Virus record (IMG/VR): IMGVR_UViG_3300022201_000072
Span: 1-57,371 of that record
Source of the DNA: a virus
Taxonomy: Duplodnaviria; Caudoviricetes
Length of the DNA stretch: 57,371 nucleotides
Direction: 5' to 3' (one strand)
Below are positions 53,464-57,371 of this stretch, one piece after another. The first letter of the stretch is position 1. Every line of letters starts with the position of its first letter. The translations under genes were made by a program, and so were the position numbers. Below the pieces are notes generated by a model. It had not been told where the DNA came from. It saw only the letters and a list, made by a program, of their open reading frames with translations, and ran no database searches.

Positions 53464-54057
53464 TTACATTATATCGTCAAGAATCGAATCAATATCGATC
53501 TCTTCTCCTTCTCCTTCTTCTTCTTCTTCCCATGATGTTCGAACAGACGCGGTACGGTCGACGCCCTTCTCAAGCGCTTCTGCGTATAAACTTGCTGTCT
53601 CTTCATCACCGGCCACCACTGTATCTGCTACCGTATTATTGATAACAACTTGCGGTGAAACGTCTGTTATCCCATGAATATTATTCGCCAATAGCTTTAG
53701 AAGCCCTGTATTCACATCCTTAGCAGGTCTTTCTGAATGTTCCTCTAGTTTTTTCCTAAAAGCGATTTCACCTATCATTCTGCCGTTATTGTAAGCCTCT
53801 CTGAACGACGGGTGTCTCTGTATCCATCTTCGTACGGTAGGTTGCGAGCACTGCAATGCTGCGCATACGTGGCACATAGAGGAATTACTACTCTGCATCA
53901 CTTCAAAAACAATAGCGTCGTACTTCTTCTTGTACTTATCGGGATGCGGTATCAACGCCCCATTAGGCATTTTTTGCACAGCCGTTTCATACTCTTCTGA
54001 GTACTGTTCGTCTGACATCACGCTATTTATCCAATCTGTGTGCTTATATGAAGGCAT
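53464..54057 (-). CDS. Terminase small subunit
   Basis: HTH CAALQCSQPTVRRWIQRHPSFREAY; upstream of terL. Confidence 0.75.
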   Translation of the reverse strand: MPSYKHTDWINSVMSDEQYSEEYETAVQKMPNGALIPHPDKYKKKYDAIVFEVMQSSNSSMCHVCAALQCSQPTVRRWIQRHPSFREAYNNGRMIGEIAFRKKLEEHSERPAKDVNTGLLKLLANNIHGITDVSPQVVINNTVADTVVAGDEETASLYAEALEKGVDRTASVRTSWEEEEEGEGEEIDIDSILDDIM

Positions 54058-54123
54058 AAGGTTTGTACGTGCTATGGTGTACTACTTTGCTAATACTGCT
54101 ATTGTAAATTAATATTGACCTGT

Positions 54124-54152
54124 ATCATATCCGTATTAAATATAAAAAGCAA
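54124..54152 (-). promoter_or_regulatory. Candidate late-operon promoter
   Basis: TTGCTT-N17-TATGAT upstream of terS with an AT-rich UP region. Confidence 0.55.
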
Positions 54153-54171
54153 GCTTTTTATTATTATTTAA

Positions 54172-54672
54172 TTATTTCATATATTTATCCTTAGCCCACT
54201 TCGCTATTAGTAAAGCGTCCGCTCGATTATGATGTTTAGTTTTAAATTTTAAAGGAGCGTCCTTAAAAAGCTCTTTCGCTACAAAAAAACTAGGCTTATC
54301 GCTCTTATTTTTTTTCCTAGGGACAACGCCCGCCTGCCAAGTTCTCGGAAGAACTAAAACGGGGCTAACCCCTAATGCTACGCAAGCCATCTGCCACATT
54401 CCGAAATTTTCACCAAATTTAAAATTAGCAGATCCTTTCTGACTCATTCTACTGGTTCTGCCCGTCTTCATATCCGTCTTAACATAAGACATCGCCCACA
54501 CATGCTCAATCGCTATCACTTCAGCCCCCCATAAGCACACTTTCTCCTGCAGCCAAAGAAAGGCCGATTCCGGCCCTTCCCAGTCGTAAATATCAAGCTC
54601 ATTATCTGATAAAAAAGTAGCCGCGCCTGTTAAACCTGGATCAATCCCTATAACGGGCAAACTACTATGCAT
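54172..54672 (-). CDS. RuvC-like Holliday junction resolvase
   Basis: IGIDPGLTGA, IAIEHV, FKFGENFG, PRTWQ, RADALLIA; start 54672. Confidence 0.9.
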   Translation of the reverse strand: MHSSLPVIGIDPGLTGAATFLSDNELDIYDWEGPESAFLWLQEKVCLWGAEVIAIEHVWAMSYVKTDMKTGRTSRMSQKGSANFKFGENFGMWQMACVALGVSPVLVLPRTWQAGVVPRKKNKSDKPSFFVAKELFKDAPLKFKTKHHNRADALLIAKWAKDKYMK

Positions 54673-54889
54673 CTTTTCCCCTCGCATCAGTAAATTTCTT
54701 AAAAGATAAAGTCTTCCCTTCACATATCGATAAAGAATATTTAGACGGGCCGACTTGTACGGGCTCTTCAAAAAGCGCACACCAATCACCGCAAATATTC
54801 CCGTCTATAGTTTTAGGGCAATACGATATTTTAAACGCGCCAGCTCTTTCCATTTCAAGATTACCTCGTTTGTTTATCTTACCTTTCAT
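54665..54889 (-). CDS. Small Cys-rich hypothetical protein
   Basis: YCP..CGDWCALF..C. Confidence 0.7.
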   Translation of the reverse strand: MKGKINKRGNLEMERAGAFKISYCPKTIDGNICGDWCALFEEPVQVGPSKYSLSICEGKTLSFKKFTDARGKDA

Positions 54890-54982
54890 TTTTATTCATC
54901 TCCGTATTCTGTATATTAAAAACATAATAGGGCGCAAGATTTTTACCTATACGCGCCTTATAAAAATTTAAAAGACCAACGG

Positions 54983-55300
54983 TTAAAAACTTTAAAAACT
55001 TTAAAAACTTTAAAAACTTTAAGCATAATAAAAATTATGGGCGGCGCAAATATTCGCGCCCATTTTATTTATTTTAAAAAGTTAACCGTTAGTTCTCTGC
55101 TCCCCCAAAGGGGGGAGAGCAGGAAACTTTGAACTTTTGCTAGTGAACAGTTCACCTCTATTTGATCAATTTGGCCTTTAAAATCAATTAGTCGCAAATT
55201 TAAAGTTCACCGCAGTTCACTAAAAGTTCACTGCATACGAAAAGTCCAAAAGTTCACCTTTTTTCACTAAAAGTTCACCCCTGTTTCATCAAGTGAACTG
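54983..55300. repeat. Putative replication origin: iterons plus AT-rich tandem repeat
   Basis: (TTTAAAAAC)x4 at 54983-55022; AGTTCAC at 55149, 55204, 55214, 55225, 55251, 55272, inverted at 55293. Confidence 0.7.
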
Positions 55301-55315
55301 TGGGCGCGATTATAA

Positions 55316-57289
55316 TTATTCTATTTGCGTCATATAATCGAATCCTGCGCCTGTTAATTTTTTATCCTCTGTTATATACCCTTCCTCTTTTAATTTAGCT
55401 ATTAGCTTTGTGACATTGCTTTTCGCGCACCCTAATTCATCCGATATTTCAACATTCTTATATCCATCACTTATCATTCGCAATACTTCATATTTCTTAT
55501 TGCCCCCTGGCTTTGAGAATTCCCAGTACGCGCCCTCATCTGATTTCTGTATCAGTTGCATTTGGATATCTGTAATTTTAGGAAGGTCTTCGTGATTCAA
55601 TCGCGCCTTTTCGAAATTAACGTCGAATCGAGCGCCGTCGGTTCTTTTATATCCGACGGGGTGGGATAATTTTATCGAAAAGTCTATATTGTCCAGCCTT
55701 GCGCTGGTCCCGCGCTGAGTACCGCCTTTATTCGTGTGATGCATTAGTATTGTAGATACCCCGTTGTATCTTAGATCCAGCAGCCACTGATTGATGTCGT
55801 TCCAATCTTCTTTCGTATTCTCGTCACCGTCAGGCGTCATAGACGCCAAATTATCAATTACCCACACCTTAATTCCCAGTTCCAACAGCACCTCTTTCAT
55901 CGCCGTCCGCCACTTCTCACTTGTTAATCGGGCTTTAGGAGCCCCTTTACTTGTCGCGTAAGCATCCGAATAGATGTGAAAATCAGGAACGTCCCGTATT
56001 CCTAGACCTCTCACTCTCTCTTGTACGTCATGTCCTGTCATTTCTGCGTCCAGATATAGAACAGGTGCAGATTCCCTAAATTCCCATGGTCCTAAATCTT
56101 CGCCCATTGCGATAGCTTTAAGCACTGATAGAGCAAACCACGATTTTCCGGTCCCTGCATCTCCGTAAACCAGAGAAATCGATTGAGACGTCACCCACGG
56201 GTGTAAGTATGCAGTTTTAGGCTCGAACGCTACCTCTTTAAACTGATCAACAGGCATTACAACGTTTATTAGCCCTTTTTTTCTCTCTTCTTTCCCTCCC
56301 TCTTCGCCCTCCCCAATCCGCCCTATATCACCTATCCGTCTACTCTCCGGTTCTATAAGCTTTATCGCTTCGCCTCTCTTTTCACACCCATTTTCGACGC
56401 TCTTAAAATCGGCCTGCGGCGTTTTTGACGCGGGGGGACTACGGGCATAGTTAAAAGCATTCTCTAACTTCTTGATCAGTTCTTCGTAGCCCCAAGGAGG
56501 TTGACAACGGTCGTTCCAATAGTCTTGTATTAATTCGACCGCTGTGTCTTCAGATACGCCTAAATCTCTAACACGACAAGCAACTTTATATAGATTGCTG
56601 TCCCCTCCATCGCCTTCAATCGACGGCGGCGCTCTATGTTCGAGGTAGTTTATTGCGCGTTTTATGTTAGAATCTTGATCCAGATCAGTAAGCGGGGTTT
56701 GGTCTTTGTTTTTCCTTTCGAGCGGTTTTCCTGCCAGATCATTTATCCAGTCTGGTACGGGCGTTACAGTATCGAGCGGATTGGTTTTATTTAGCAGTTT
56801 GTATTTTCGTCCACCAAATGATGACCCCGGTATAACGACGTAACCGCCGTCTGATCTAACATCTAGCCCGTTTCCTATTTTTCCCTCAGAACAGGCCGTC
56901 AATCCTTGGAAATAATAATGCTTGCCTTTTGATGGCGTTTCAACTATCATCAAATTATTATAAGGCAGTTCACCATATAATAATTCCAGGTCTAGCAGGG
57001 AGTCGGCGCCCTGCTTATCCTTCTTGTTGTCCTCATCCAGCACCATCAAACCCGACTTTCCACAATCCAGTGCCCAATCGCAGCCCTCGTACATCTCCGC
57101 CAGTTCAAGCACCTTTATTGCATCATTAGTTGATTGTTCTCTCCACAAAAATCCAGAATACGGCTCTTTTGTTCCTGGTCGTATCGGGAACACAAACCAA
57201 TCTCTATTCTCCGCGTAATCGAATGCATAATCTAGCGACAATAGTTTGTCTTGTTCGCTAGTATTATTATACTTTATTTCACTAAGCAT
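55316..57289 (-). CDS. Bifunctional primase-polymerase fused to PriCT and RepA-like AAA_25 helicase with C-terminal HTH
   Basis: VFPI..KEP, VLDED, TPSKGKHYYF, LDVRSDGGYVVIPGS; GDAGTGKS, VIDN, HHTNK..QRGTS. Confidence 0.92.
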   Translation of the reverse strand: MLSEIKYNNTSEQDKLLSLDYAFDYAENRDWFVFPIRPGTKEPYSGFLWREQSTNDAIKVLELAEMYEGCDWALDCGKSGLMVLDEDNKKDKQGADSLLDLELLYGELPYNNLMIVETPSKGKHYYFQGLTACSEGKIGNGLDVRSDGGYVVIPGSSFGGRKYKLLNKTNPLDTVTPVPDWINDLAGKPLERKNKDQTPLTDLDQDSNIKRAINYLEHRAPPSIEGDGGDSNLYKVACRVRDLGVSEDTAVELIQDYWNDRCQPPWGYEELIKKLENAFNYARSPPASKTPQADFKSVENGCEKRGEAIKLIEPESRRIGDIGRIGEGEEGGKEERKKGLINVVMPVDQFKEVAFEPKTAYLHPWVTSQSISLVYGDAGTGKSWFALSVLKAIAMGEDLGPWEFRESAPVLYLDAEMTGHDVQERVRGLGIRDVPDFHIYSDAYATSKGAPKARLTSEKWRTAMKEVLLELGIKVWVIDNLASMTPDGDENTKEDWNDINQWLLDLRYNGVSTILMHHTNKGGTQRGTSARLDNIDFSIKLSHPVGYKRTDGARFDVNFEKARLNHEDLPKITDIQMQLIQKSDEGAYWEFSKPGGNKKYEVLRMISDGYKNVEISDELGCAKSNVTKLIAKLKEEGYITEDKKLTGAGFDYMTQIE

Positions 57290-57371
57290 CTAAACGTTCC
57301 TGTGTTTAATAATTAAAAAGAAGAAGAAGAAGGAAAAAAAAAAAAAAAATATTACAAAATTTTTTTTTTTT

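Noticed and set aside
24907-53642. Numerous plus-strand ORFs within the structural arm (and minus-strand ORFs within the early arm)
   Set aside because: Antisense shadows of well-supported genes, with no RBS or motifs

Overview
The window looks like a complete, circularly permuted dsDNA tailed-phage genome (~57 kb). It has an HK97-type head and a Mu-like contractile tail, and no recognisable integrase or endolysin. Two arms diverge at ~335-480 and converge at ~22600. The + arm carries about 45 small early/accessory genes, a DNA MTase, an SNF2 helicase, a Cas4-like DUF2800 nuclease, a DUF2815 SSB and a family A polymerase. The - arm carries HTH -> primase-helicase -> ori-like repeats -> RuvC -> terminase -> head -> tail -> fibres -> holin-like gene. 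The most unusual signals are: (1) eight copies of a ~90-bp promoter/palindrome/RBS cassette that partition the early region into gene modules, with a 6-bp palindrome core present in both orientations; (2) a 99-aa gene in the replication arm that carries a 40-residue segment of the HK97 major capsid protein (possible capsid decoy or modulator); (3) a second, bacterial-type SSB tail (DDFTEDEIPY) encoded in frame directly behind the SSB stop codon; (4) a ~330-nt structured non-coding locus ending in a tRNA-like element with no normal anticodon arm; (5) small candidate anti-defence genes and an atypical tRNA-Met inserted in the packaging/head operon. All protein calls come from motif recognition by eye; no database searches or folding programs were run.
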